Source: Nemertoderma westbladi (Eukaryota > Animalia > Xenacoelomorpha). Taken from it: 64,000 bases of DNA. The stretch lies in the NCBI GenBank assembly GCA_032718475.1, contig JAUCBJ010007785.1, forward strand, positions 62,001 through 126,000, written 5' to 3'. Under the pieces are notes generated by a model. The model did not search any database and was not told where the DNA came from. It saw nothing but the letters and a program-made list of their open reading frames with translations. Below are positions 12,101 to 26,800 of the stretch, piece by piece. Position 1 is the first letter of the stretch; each line of letters starts with the position of its first letter. Both the position numbers and the translations under genes were made by a program.

Positions 12101-15100
12101 ACGACACTATGTTCCATGACATTGTGTGTGTATGTATGACACTATGTTCCACAGGTTCATTGTGTGTGTATGTATGACACTATGTTCCAGGACATTGTGT
12201 GTGTATGTATGACACTATGTTCCAGGACATTGTGTGTGTATGTATGACACTATGTTCCACAGGACATTGTGTGTGTATGTACGACACTATGTTCCAGGAC
12301 ATTGTGTGTGTATGTACGACACTATGTTCCATGACATTGTGTGTGTATGTATGACACTATGTTCCAGGACATTGTGTGTGTATGTATGACACTATGTTCC
12401 ACAGGACATTGTGTGTGTATGTATGACACTATGTTCCACAGGACATTGTGTGTGTATGTATGACACTATGTTCCAGGACATTGTGTGTGTATGTATGACA
12501 CTATGTTCTACCCGACATTGTGTGTGTATGTATGACACTATGTTCCAGGACATTGTGTGTGTATGTATGACACTATGTTCCAGGACATTGTGTGTGTATG
12601 TATGACACTATGTTCCAGGACATTGTGTGTGTATGTATGACACTATGTTCCACAGGACATTGTGTGTGTATGTATGACACTATGTTCCACAGGACATTGT
12701 GTGTGTATGTACGACACTATGTTCTACCCGACATTGTGTGTGTATGTATGACACTATGTTCCAGGACATTGTGTGTGTATGTATGACACTATGTTCCACA
12801 GGTACATTGTGTGTGTATGTACGACACTATGTTCTACCCGACATTGTGTGTGTATGTATGACACTATGTTCTACCCGACATTGTGTGTGTATGTACGACA
12901 CTATGTTCCACAGGATCATTGTGTGTGTATGTACGACACTATGTTCTACCCGACATTGTGTGTGTATGTATGACACTATGTTCTACCCGACATTGTGTGT
13001 GTATGTATGACACTATGTTCTACCCGACATTGTGTGTGTATGTACGACACTATGTTCCACAGGTTCATTGTGTGTGTATGTACGACACTATGTTCTACCC
13101 GACATTGTGTGTGTATGTATGACACTATGTTCTACCCGACATTGTGTGTGTATGTACGACACTATGTTCCACCTGACATTGTGTGTGTATGTATGACACT
13201 ATGTTCCAGGACATTGTGTGTGTATGTACGACACTATGTTCCAGGACATTGTGTGTGTATGTACGACACTATGTTCCACAGGTTCATTGTGTGTGTGTGT
13301 ACGACACTATGTTCTACCCGACATTGTGTGTGTATGTATGACACTATGTTCCAGGACATTGTGTGTGTATGTATGACACTATGTTCCAGGACATTGTGTG
13401 TGTATGTATGACACTATGTTCCAGGACATTGTGTGTGTATGTATGACACTATGTTCCAGGACATTGTGTGTGTATGTATGACACTATGTTCCAGGACATT
13501 GTGTGTGTATGTATGACACTATGTTCCAGGACATTGTGTGTGTTGTATGACACTATGTTCCACAGGTTCATTGTGTGTGTATGTATGACACTATGTTCTA
13601 CCCGACATTGTGTGTGTATGTATGACACTATGTTCCAGGTTCATTGTGTGTGTATGTATGACACTATGTTCCAGGACATTGTGTGTGTATGTATGACACT
13701 ATGTTCCAGGACATTGTGTGTGTATGTATGACACTATGTTCCACAGGACATTGTGTGTGTATGTATGACACTATGTTCCACAGGACATTGTGTGTGTATG
13801 TATGACACTATGTTCCAGGACATTGTGTGTGTATGTATGACACTATGTTCTACCCGACATTGTGTGTGTATGTATGACACTATGTTCCAGGACATTGTGT
13901 GTGTATGTATGACACTATGTTCCAGGACATTGTGTGTGTATGTATGACACTATGTTCCAGGACATTGTGTGTGTATGTATGACACTATGTTCCAGGACAT
14001 TGTGTGTGTATGTATGACACTATGTTCCACAGGACATTGTGTGTGTATGTATGACACTATGTTCCACAGGACATTGTGTGTGTATGTATGACACTATGTT
14101 CCAGGACATTGTGTGTGTATGTATGACACTATGTTCTACCCGACATTGTGTGTGTATGTACGACACTATGTTCTACCCGACATCGTGTGTGTATGTATGA
14201 CACTATGTTCCACAGGACATTGTGTGTGTATGTATGACACTATGTTCCATGACATTGTGTGTGTATGTATGACACTATGTTCCAGGACATTGTGTGTGTA
14301 TGTATGACACTATGTTCTACCCGACATTGTGTGTGTATGTATGACACTATGTTCTACCCGACATTGTGTGTGTATGTATGACACTATGTTCCACAGGACA
14401 TTGTGTGTGTATGTATGACACTATGTTCCATGACATTGTGTGTGTATGTATGACACTATGTTCCAGGACATTGTGTGTGTATGTATGACACTATGTTCTA
14501 CCCGACATTGTGTGTGTATGTATGACACTATGTTCCAGGACATTGTGTGTGTATGTATGACACTATGTTCTACCCGACATTGTGTGTGTATGTATGACAC
14601 TATGTTCTACCCGACATTGTGTGGGTATGTATGACACTATGTTCCAGGACATTGTGTGTGTATGTATGACACTATGTTCTACCCGACATCGTGTGTGTAT
14701 GTATGACACTATGTTCTACCCGACATTGTGTGTGTATGTATGACACTATGTTCCAGGACATTGTGTGTGTGTGTACGACACTATGTTCTACCCGACATTG
14801 TGTGTGTATGTATGACACTATGTTCCAGGACATTGTGTGTGTGTGTACGACACTATGTTCTACCCGACATTGTGTGTGTATGTATGACACTATGTTCCAG
14901 GACATTGTGTGTGTATGTATGACACTATGTTCCAGGACATTGTGTGTGTATGTATGACACTATGTTCTACCCGACATTGTGTGTGTATGTACGACACTAT
15001 GTTCTACCCGACATCGTGTGTGTATGTATGACACTATGTTCCAGGACATTGTGTGTGTATGTATGACACTATGTTCCAGGACATTGTGTGTGTATGTATG

Positions 15101-18100
15101 ACACTATGTTCCAGGACATTGTGTGTGTATGTATGACACTATGTTCCAGGACATTGTGTGTGTATGTATGACACTATGTTCCACAGGTTCATTGTGTGTG
15201 TATGTATGACACTATGTTCCAGGACATTGTGTGTGTATGTATGACACTATGTTCCACAGGTTCATTGTGTGTGTATGTATGACACTATGTTCCAGGACAT
15301 TGTGTGTGTATGTATGACACTATGTTCCAGGACATTGTGTGTGTATGTATGACACTATGTTCCACAGGACATTGTGTGTGTATGTATGACACTATGTTCC
15401 AGGACATTGTGTGTGTATGTATGACACTATGTTCCACAGGACATTGTGTGTGTATGTATGACACTATGTTCTACCCGACATTGTGTGTGTATGTACGACA
15501 CTATGTTCTACCCGACATTGTGTGTGTATGTATGACACTATGTTCCAGGACATTGTGTGTGTATGTATGACACTATGTTCTACCCGACATTGTGTGTGTA
15601 TGTACGACACTATGTTCTACCCGACATTGTGTGTGTATGTATGACACTATGTTCCAGGACATTGTGTGTGTATGTATGACACTATGTTCCAGGACATTGT
15701 GTGTGTATGTATGACACTATGTTCTACCCGACATTGTGTGTGTATGTACGACACTATGTTCTACCCGACATCGTGTGTGTATGTATGACACTATGTTCCA
15801 GGACATTGTGTGTGTATGTATGACACTATGTTCCACAGGACATTGTGTGTGTATGTATGACACTATGTTCCACAGGACATTGTGTGTGTATGTACGACAC
15901 TATGTTCTACCCGACATTGTGTGTGTATGTATGACACTATGTTCCAGGACATTGTGTGTGTATGTACGACACTATGTTCTACCCGACATCGTGTGTGTAT
16001 GTATGACACTATGTTCCACCCGACATTGTGTGTGTATGTACGACACTATGTTCTACCCGACATCGTGTGTGTATGTATGACACTATGTTCTACCCGACAT
16101 TGTGTGTGTATGTATGACACTATGTTCCAGGACATTGTGTGTGTATGTACGACACTATGTTCTACCCGACATCGTGTGTGTATGTATGACACTATGTTCT
16201 ACCCGACATCGTGTGTGTATGTATGACACTATGTTCTACCCGACATTGTGTGTGTATGTATGACACTATGTTCTACCCGACATTGTGTGTGTATGTATGA
16301 CACTATGTTCTACCCGACATTGTGTGTGTATGTATGACACTATGTTCTACCCGACATCGTGTGTGTATGTATGACACTATGTTCTACCCGACATTGTGTG
16401 TGTATGTATGACACTATGTTCTACCCGACATTGTGTGTGTATGTATGACACTATGTTCCAGGACATTGTGTGTGTATGTACGACACTATGTTCTACCCGA
16501 CATCGTGTGTGTATGTATGACACTATGTTCTACCCGACATCGTGTGTGTATGTATGACACTATGTTCCACCCGACATTGTGTGTGTATGTACGACACTAT
16601 GTTCTACCCGACATCGTGTGTGTATGTATGACACTATGTTCTACCCGACATTGTGTGTGTATGTATGACACTATGTTCCAGGACATTGTGTGTGTATGTA
16701 CGACACTATGTTCTACCCGACATCGTGTGTGTATGTATGACACTATGTTCTACCCGACATCGTGTGTGTATGTATGACACTATGTTCTACCCGACATTGT
16801 GTGTGTATGTATGACACTATGTTCTACCCGACATTGTGTGTGTATGTATGACACTATGTTCCAGGACATTGTGTGTGTATGTATGACACTATGTTCTACC
16901 CGACATTGTGTGTGTATGTACGACACTATGTTCTACCCGACATCGTGTGTGTATGTATGACACTATGTTCCAGGACATTGTGTGTGTATGTATGACACTA
17001 TGTTCCACAGGACATTGTGTGTGTATGTATGACACTATGTTCCACAGGACATTGTGTGTGTATGTACGACACTATGTTCTACCCGACATTGTGTGTGTAT
17101 GTATGACACTATGTTCCAGGACATTGTGTGTGTATGTACGACACTATGTTCTACCCGACATCGTGTGTGTATGTATGACACTATGTTCCACCCGACATTG
17201 TGTGTGTATGTACGACACTATGTTCTACCCGACATCGTGTGTGTATGTATGACACTATGTTCTACCCGACATTGTGTGTGTATGTATGACACTATGTTCC
17301 AGGACATTGTGTGTGTATGTACGACACTATGTTCTACCCGACATCGTGTGTGTATGTATGACACTATGTTCTACCCGACATCGTGTGTGTATGTATGACA
17401 CTATGTTCTACCCGACATTGTGTGTGTATGTATGACACTATGTTCTACCCGACATCGTGTATGTATGACACTATGTTCCAGGACATTGTGTGTGTATGTA
17501 CGACACTATGTTCCAGGACATTGTGTGTGTATGTACGACACTATGTTCCAGGACATTCTGTGTGTATGTATGACACTATGTTCCAGGACATTGTGTGTGT
17601 ATGTACGACACTATGTTCTACCCGACATCGTGTGTGTATGTATGACACTATGTTCTACCCGACATTGTGTGTGTATGTATGACACTATGTTCCAGGACAT
17701 TGTGTGTGTATGTATGACACTATGTTCTACCCGACATTGTGTGTGTATGTATGACACTATGTTCCAGGACATTGTGTGTGTATGTACGACACTATGTTCT
17801 ACCCGACATCGTGTGTGTATGTATGACACTATGTTCTACCCGACATCGTGTGTGTATGTATGACACTATGTTCCAGGACATTGTGTGTGTATGTATGACA
17901 CTATGTTCTACCCGACATTGTGTGTGTATGTACGACACTATGTTCTACCCGACATCGTGTGTGTATGTATGACACTATGTTCTACCCGACATTGTGTGTG
18001 TATGTATGACACTATGTTCCAGGACATTGTGTGTGTATGTACGACACTATGTTCTACCCGACATCGTGTGTGTATGTATGACACTATGTTCTACCCGACA

Positions 18101-21100
18101 TCGTGTGTGTATGTACGACACTATGTTCTACCCGACATCGTGTGTGTATGTATGACACTATGTTCTACCCGACATTGTGTGTGTATGTATGACACTATGT
18201 TCTACCCGACATCGTGTGTGTATGTATGACACTATGTTCCAGGACATTGTGTGTGTATGTATGACACTATGTTCTACCCGACATTGTGTGTGTATGTATG
18301 ACACTATGTTCCAGGACATTGTGTGTGTATGTATGACACTATGTTCTACCCGACATTGTGTGTGTATGTATGACACTATGTTCTACCCGACATCGTGTGT
18401 GTATGTATGACACTATGTTCCAGGACATTGTGTGTGTATGTATGACACTATGTTCTACCCGACATCGTGTGTGTATGTACGACACTATGTTCCAGGACAT
18501 TGTGTGTGTATGTATGACACTATGTTCTACCCGACATTGTGTGTGTATGTATGACACTATGTTCCAGGACATTGTGTGTGTATGTACGACACTATGTTCT
18601 ACCCGACATCGTGTGTGTATGTATGACACTATGTTCTACCCGACATCGTGTGTGTATGTATGACACTATGTTCTACCCGACATCGTGTGTGTATGTATGA
18701 CACTATGTTCTACCCGACATTGTGTGTGTATGTATGACACTATGTTCCAGGACATTGTGTGTGTATGTACGACACTATGTTCTACCCGACATCGTGTGTG
18801 TATGTATGACACTATGTTCTACCCGACATTGTGTGTGTATGTATGACACTATGTTCCAGGACATTGTGTGTGTATGTATGACACTATGTTCCAGGACATT
18901 GTGTGTGTATGTACGACACTATGTTCTACCCGACATCGTGTGTGTATGTATGACACTATGTTCTACCCGACATCGTGTGTGTATGTATGACACTATGTTC
19001 CAGGACATTGTGTGTGTATGTATGACACTATGTTCCACAGGACATTGTGTGTGTATGTATGACACTATGTTCCAGGACATTGTGTGTGTATGTATGACAC
19101 TATGTTCCAGGACATTGTGTGTGTATGTATGACACTATGTTCCAGGACATTGTGTGTGTATGTATGACACTATGTTCCACAGGACATTGTGTGTGTATGT
19201 ACGACACTATGTTCCACAGGACATTGTGTGTGTATGTACGACACTATGTTCCAGGACATTGTGTGTGTATGTACGACACTATGTTCCAGGACATTGTGTG
19301 TGTATGTACGACACTATGTTCCAGGACATTGTGTGTGTATGTATGACACTATGTTCCAGGACATTGTGTGTGTATGTATGACACTATGTTCCAGGACATT
19401 GTGTGTGTATGTATGACACTATGTTCCACAGGACATTGTGTGTGTATGTATGACACTATGTTCCAGGACATTGTGTGTGTATGTATGACACTATGTTCCA
19501 GGACATTGTGTGTGTATGTATGACACTATGTTCCAGGACATTGTGTGTGTATGTACGACACTATGTTCCAGGACATTGTGTGTGTATGTATGACACTATG
19601 TTCCAGGACATTGTGTGTGTATGTACGACACTATGTTCCAGGACATTGTGTGTGTATGTACGACACTATGTTCCACAGGACATTGTGTGTGTATGTATGA
19701 CACTATGTTCCACAGGACATTGTGTGTGTATGTATGACACTATGTTCCAGGACATTGTGTGTGTATGTACGACACTATGTTCCAGGACATTGTGTGTGTA
19801 TGTACGACACTATGTTCCAGGACATTGTGTGTGTATGTATGACACTATGTTCCACCCGACATTGTGTGTGTATGTATGACACTATGTTCCACCCGACATT
19901 GTGTGTGTATGTATGACACTATGTTCCACAGGTTCATTGTGTGTGTATGTACGACACTATGTTCCACAGGACATTGTGTGTGTATGTATGACACTATGTT
20001 CCACAGGACATTGTGTGTGTATGTATGACACTATGTTCCAGGACATTGTGTGTGTATGTATGACACTATGTTCCACAGGTTCATTGTGTGTGTATGTACG
20101 ACACTATGTTCCACAGGACATTGTGTGTGTATGTATGACACTATGTTCCACAGGACATTGTGTGTGTATGTACGACACTATGTTCCACAGGTTCATTGTG
20201 TGTGTATGTACGACACTATGTTCCAGGACATTGTGTGTGTATGTATGACACTATGTTCCAGGACATTGTGTGTGTATGTATGACACTATGTTCCAGGACA
20301 TTGTGTGTGTATGTATGACACTATGTTCCACAGGTTCATTGTGTGTGTATGTACGACACTATGTTCCACAGGACATTGTGTGTGTATGTATGACACTATG
20401 TTCCACAGGACATTCATTGTGTGTGTATGTACGACACTATGTTCCAGGACATTGTGTGTGTATGTACGACACTATGTTCCAGGACATTGTGTGTGTATGT
20501 ACGACACTATTTTCCACAGGACATTGTGTGTGTATGTACGACACTATGTTCCAGGACATTGTGTGTGTATGTACGACACTATGTTCCAGGACATTGTGTG
20601 TGTATGTATGACACTATGTTCCACCCGACATTGTGTGTGTATGTATGATACTATGTTCCACCCGACATTGTGTGTGTATGTATGACACTATGTTCCACCC
20701 GACATTGTGTGTGTATGTATGACACTATGTTCCAGGACATTGTGTGTGTATGTATGACACTATGTTCCAGGACATTGTGTGTGTATGTATGACACTATGT
20801 TCCACCCGACATTGTGTGTGTATGTATGACACTATGTTCCACCCGACATTGTGTGTGTATGTATGACACTATGTTCCACAGGACATTGTGTGTGTATGTA
20901 CGACACTATGTTCCACAGGACATTGTGTGTGTATGTGCGACACTATGTTCCACAGGACATTGTGTGTGTATGTACGACACTATGTTCCACAGGTTCATTG
21001 TGTGTGTATGTATGACACTATGTTCCAGGACATTGTGTGTGTATGTATGACACTATGTTCCACAGGACATTGTGTGTGTATGTACGACACTATGTTCCAG

Positions 21101-22712
21101 GACATTGTGTGTGTATGTATGACACTATGTTCCAGGACATTGTGTGTGTATGTATGACACTATGTTCCAGGACATTGTGTGTGTATGTATGACACTATGT
21201 TCCACAGGACATTGTGTGTGTATGTATGACACTATGTTCCAGGACATTGTGTGTGTATGTACGACACTATGTTCCAGGACATTGTGTGTGTATGTATGAC
21301 ACTATGTTCCAGGACATTGTGTGTGTATGTATGACACTATGTTCCAGGACATTGTGTGTGTATGTACGACACTATGTTCCAGGACATTGTGTGTGTATGT
21401 ATGACACTATGTTCCAGGACATTGTGTGTGTATGTATGACACTATGTTCCAGGACATTGTGTGTGTATGTACGACACTATGTTCCACAGGTTCATTGTGT
21501 GTGTATGTATGACACTATGTTCCAGGACATTGTGTGTGTATGTATGACACTATGTTCCAGGACATTGTGTGTGTATGTATGACACTATGTTCCAGGACAT
21601 TGTGTGTGTATGTATGACACTATGTTCCACAGGACATTGTGTGTGTATGTATGACACTATGTTCCAGGACATTGTGTGTGTATGTACGACACTATGTTCC
21701 AGGACATTGTGTGTGTATGTATGACACTATGTTCCAGGACATTGTGTGTGTATGTATGACACTATGTTCCACAGGTTCATTGTGTGTGTATGTATGACAC
21801 TATGTTCCAGGACATTGTGTGTGTATGTATGACACTATGTTCCACAGGTTCATTGTGTGTGTATGTATGACACTATGTTCCAGGACATTGTGTGTGTATG
21901 TACGACACTATGTTCCAGGACATTGTGTGTGTATGTACGACACTATGTTCCAGGACATTCATTGTGTGTGTATGTATGACACTATGTTCCAGGACATTGT
22001 GTGTGTATGTATGACACTATGTTCCAGGACATTGTGTGTGTATGTATGACACTATGTTCCACAGGTTCATTGTGTGTGTATGTATGACACTATGTTCCAC
22101 AGGTTCATTGTGTGTGTATGTACGACACTATGTTCCAGGACATTGTGTGTGTATGTACGACACTATGTTCTACCCGACATTGTGTGTGTATGTATGACAC
22201 TATGTTCCAGGACATTGTGTGTGTATGTACGACACTATGTTCTACCCGACATCGTGTGTGTATGTATGACACTATGTTCCACCCGACATTGTGTGTGTAT
22301 GTACGACACTATGTTCTACCCGACATCGTGTGTGTATGTATGACACTATGTTCTACCCGACATTGTGTGTGTATGTATGACACTATGTTCCAGGACATTG
22401 TGTGTGTATGTACGACACTATGTTCTACCCGACATCGTGTGTGTATGTATGACACTATGTTCTACCCGACATCGTGTGTGTATGTATGACACTATGTTCT
22501 ACCCGACATTGTGTGTGTATGTATGACACTATGTTCTACCCGACATCGTGTATGTATGACACTATGTTCCAGGACATTGTGTGTGTATGTACGACACTAT
22601 GTTCCAGGACATTGTGTGTGTATGTACGACACTATGTTCCAGGACATTCTGTGTGTATGTATGACACTATGTTCCAGGACATTGTGTGTGTATGTACGAC
22701 ACTATGTTCTAC

Positions 22713-23642
22713 TATGTGGCGATTAGGGAAGAGCAGACGCACGTAGCGAAGTTAGTTGCAGCCTCCTCCTCTGTTGCAGCGAAAGCTAAAAAGGAGGAGG
22801 TTTATGACAAATTAAGTAGTGAAATGCACAATTTGTGCGGACTAACTACTGAGAAAGGTGCGTCTGCCTGGCTAAATACCAAACCCTTAACGTTGCACGA
22901 CACTCACCTGTCCAAGGAAGAGTTCCGTGACGCAGTTTGTCTCCGGTACGGTTGGTCGCCAAGAAATCTTCCCTCTCGTTGTGTCTGTGGGTCGCGATTT
23001 TCTCCTTCCCACGTTCTGTCGTGTCCCACTGGGGGGTTCCCCTCAATCAGACACAACGAGATCCGCGATTTCGTCGCCGACTCCCTGACTGAGGTGGCCC
23101 ACAACGTGGCTGTCGAGCCGATGCTCCAGCCGCTGACGGGGGAGTCCTTCACTCTCCGGTCCACCTCGACGGACCAGCAGGCGAGACTCGACGTGTCGGT
23201 AAGCGGATTCTGGGGCAACCGCTTCCAGAAGATGTTTATCGACGTGTCGGTGTTCAACCCGCTGGCGGACACCAACGCAGCGATGTCGCTGGACGCCGCC
23301 CACCTCCATCACGAGGCGAGGAAGATCCGGAGATACGAGGAGCGGATCCGTGAGGTTGAGCACTCAACCTTCACCCCCCTCATATTTTCCGCTTTCGGGG
23401 GCATGGCGCCGGCTGCGAAGCAGTTTGTCAAGCGGCTGGCGTTGAGGCTGTCGGAGAAACGACAGGTTCCCTACCCGGAGTCGGTAGCATGGGTGCGGCG
23501 ACGCATCAATTTCGCCTTACTCCGGTCGTCCCTGATGTGCCTCCGTGGGTTTCGGTCGGCCGCTAGAAGACCGGCGCGGGCAGCGGTGGCGGACGCGTCC
23601 ATTGTGTGGGCGAACGCGGACTCGGACCCCGGGACGGCTTAG
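22713..23642 (+). CDS. C-terminal zinc knuckle and restriction-like endonuclease of the non-LTR element (RT lost by truncation)
   Basis: SAWL..P, EFRDAVCLRY, CVCG-x6-H-x3-C, RHNEIRD, RLD...IDV, HEARKIRRY, PLIFSAFGG. The predicted MCMYDTMF N-terminus is satellite read-through. Confidence 0.85.
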   Translation, partial: YVAIREEQTHVAKLVAASSSVAAKAKKEEVYDKLSSEMHNLCGLTTEKGASAWLNTKPLTLHDTHLSKEEFRDAVCLRYGWSPRNLPSRCVCGSRFSPSHVLSCPTGGFPSIRHNEIRDFVADSLTEVAHNVAVEPMLQPLTGESFTLRSTSTDQQARLDVSVSGFWGNRFQKMFIDVSVFNPLADTNAAMSLDAAHLHHEARKIRRYEERIREVEHSTFTPLIFSAFGGMAPAAKQFVKRLALRLSEKRQVPYPESVAWVRRRINFALLRSSLMCLRGFRSAARRPARAAVADASIVWANADSDPGTA

Positions 23643-23863
23643 ATGTTAGAGGTCTGGCGGGTTTGTTGGGTACTGGCAGTGGCAGAGTGGCAGACTGGTG
23701 ATGGGTACTGAACCAATTTGTATTGTTTGTATTGTTGCTAGGTAACAGTTTGAATCAGCTGGTGGTGGGTTATATTTGTACTTGTTTTGGTGCGTTTTTA
23801 TATTCGAATTATTGTTTGTTAATATTATAATATATGGAGGCTTTTGAGTAAAAAAAAAAAAAA
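22713..23863 (+). mobile_element. 5'-truncated non-LTR retrotransposon with restriction-like endonuclease (CRE-clade-like), poly(A) tail and 14-bp TSD
   Basis: TSD ACACTATGTTCTAC at 22699-22712 and 23864-23877; poly(A) from 23850; T-rich 3' UTR; RLE-encoding ORF. Confidence 0.92.
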
Positions 23864-26800
23864 ACACTATGTTCTACCCGACATCGTGTGTGTATGTATG
23901 ACACTATGTTCTACCCGACATTGTGTGTGTATGTATGACACTATGTTCCAGGACATTGTGTGTGTATGTATGACACTATGTTCTACCCGACATTGTGTGT
24001 GTATGTATGACACTATGTTCCAGGACATTGTGTGTGTATGTACGACACTATGTTCTACCCGACATCGTGTGTGTATGTATGACACTATGTTCTACCCGAC
24101 ATCGTGTGTGTATGTATGACACTATGTTCCAGGACATTGTGTGTGTATGTATGACACTATGTTCTACCCGACATTGTGTGTGTATGTACGACACTATGTT
24201 CTACCCGACATCGTGTGTGTATGTATGACACTATGTTCTACCCGACATTGTGTGTGTATGTATGACACTATGTTCCAGGACATTGTGTGTGTATGTACGA
24301 CACTATGTTCTACCCGACATCGTGTGTGTATGTATGACACTATGTTCTACCCGACATCGTGTGTGTATGTACGACACTATGTTCTACCCGACATCGTGTG
24401 TGTATGTATGACACTATGTTCTACCCGACATTGTGTGTGTATGTATGACACTATGTTCTACCCGACATCGTGTGTGTATGTATGACACTATGTTCCAGGA
24501 CATTGTGTGTGTATGTATGACACTATGTTCTACCCGACATTGTGTGTGTATGTATGACACTATGTTCCAGGACATTGTGTGTGTATGTATGACACTATGT
24601 TCTACCCGACATTGTGTGTGTATGTATGACACTATGTTCTACCCGACATCGTGTGTGTATGTATGACACTATGTTCCAGGACATTGTGTGTGTATGTATG
24701 ACACTATGTTCTACCCGACATCGTGTGTGTATGTACGACACTATGTTCCAGGACATTGTGTGTGTATGTATGACACTATGTTCTACCCGACATTGTGTGT
24801 GTATGTATGACACTATGTTCCAGGACATTGTGTGTGTATGTACGACACTATGTTCTACCCGACATCGTGTGTGTATGTATGACACTATGTTCTACCCGAC
24901 ATCGTGTGTGTATGTATGACACTATGTTCTACCCGACATCGTGTGTGTATGTATGACACTATGTTCTACCCGACATTGTGTGTGTATGTATGACACTATG
25001 TTCCAGGACATTGTGTGTGTATGTACGACACTATGTTCTACCCGACATCGTGTGTGTATGTATGACACTATGTTCTACCCGACATTGTGTGTGTATGTAT
25101 GACACTATGTTCCAGGACATTGTGTGTGTATGTATGACACTATGTTCCAGGACATTGTGTGTGTATGTACGACACTATGTTCTACCCGACATCGTGTGTG
25201 TATGTATGACACTATGTTCTACCCGACATCGTGTGTGTATGTATGACACTATGTTCCAGGACATTGTGTGTGTATGTATGACACTATGTTCCACAGGACA
25301 TTGTGTGTGTATGTATGACACTATGTTCCAGGACATTGTGTGTGTATGTATGACACTATGTTCCAGGACATTGTGTGTGTATGTATGACACTATGTTCCA
25401 GGACATTGTGTGTGTATGTATGACACTATGTTCCACAGGACATTGTGTGTGTATGTACGACACTATGTTCCACAGGACATTGTGTGTGTATGTACGACAC
25501 TATGTTCCAGGACATTGTGTGTGTATGTACGACACTATGTTCCAGGACATTGTGTGTGTATGTACGACACTATGTTCCAGGACATTGTGTGTGTATGTAT
25601 GACACTATGTTCCAGGACATTGTGTGTGTATGTATGACACTATGTTCCAGGACATTGTGTGTGTATGTATGACACTATGTTCCACAGGACATTGTGTGTG
25701 TATGTATGACACTATGTTCCAGGACATTGTGTGTGTATGTATGACACTATGTTCCAGGACATTGTGTGTGTATGTATGACACTATGTTCCAGGACATTGT
25801 GTGTGTATGTACGACACTATGTTCCAGGACATTGTGTGTGTATGTATGACACTATGTTCCAGGACATTGTGTGTGTATGTACGACACTATGTTCCAGGAC
25901 ATTGTGTGTGTATGTACGACACTATGTTCCACAGGACATTGTGTGTGTATGTATGACACTATGTTCCACAGGACATTGTGTGTGTATGTATGACACTATG
26001 TTCCAGGACATTGTGTGTGTATGTACGACACTATGTTCCAGGACATTGTGTGTGTATGTACGACACTATGTTCCAGGACATTGTGTGTGTATGTATGACA
26101 CTATGTTCCACCCGACATTGTGTGTGTATGTATGACACTATGTTCCACCCGACATTGTGTGTGTATGTATGACACTATGTTCCACAGGTTCATTGTGTGT
26201 GTATGTACGACACTATGTTCCACAGGACATTGTGTGTGTATGTATGACACTATGTTCCACAGGACATTGTGTGTGTATGTATGACACTATGTTCCAGGAC
26301 ATTGTGTGTGTATGTATGACACTATGTTCCACAGGTTCATTGTGTGTGTATGTACGACACTATGTTCCACAGGACATTGTGTGTGTATGTATGACACTAT
26401 GTTCCACAGGACATTGTGTGTGTATGTACGACACTATGTTCCACAGGTTCATTGTGTGTGTATGTATGACACTATGTTCCAGGACATTGTGTGTGTATGT
26501 ACGACACTATGTTCCAGGACATTGTGTGTGTATGTATGACACTATGTTCCAGGACATTGTGTGTGTATGTACGACACTATGTTCCAGGACATTGTGTGTG
26601 TATGTATGACACTATGTTCCAGGACATTGTGTGTGTATGTATGACACTATGTTCCAGGACATTGTGTGTGTATGTATGACACTATGTTCCAGGACATTGT
26701 GTGTGTATGTATGACACTATGTTCCACAGGTTCATTGTGTGTGTATGTACGACACTATGTTCCACAGGACATTGTGTGTGTATGTATGACACTATGTTCC

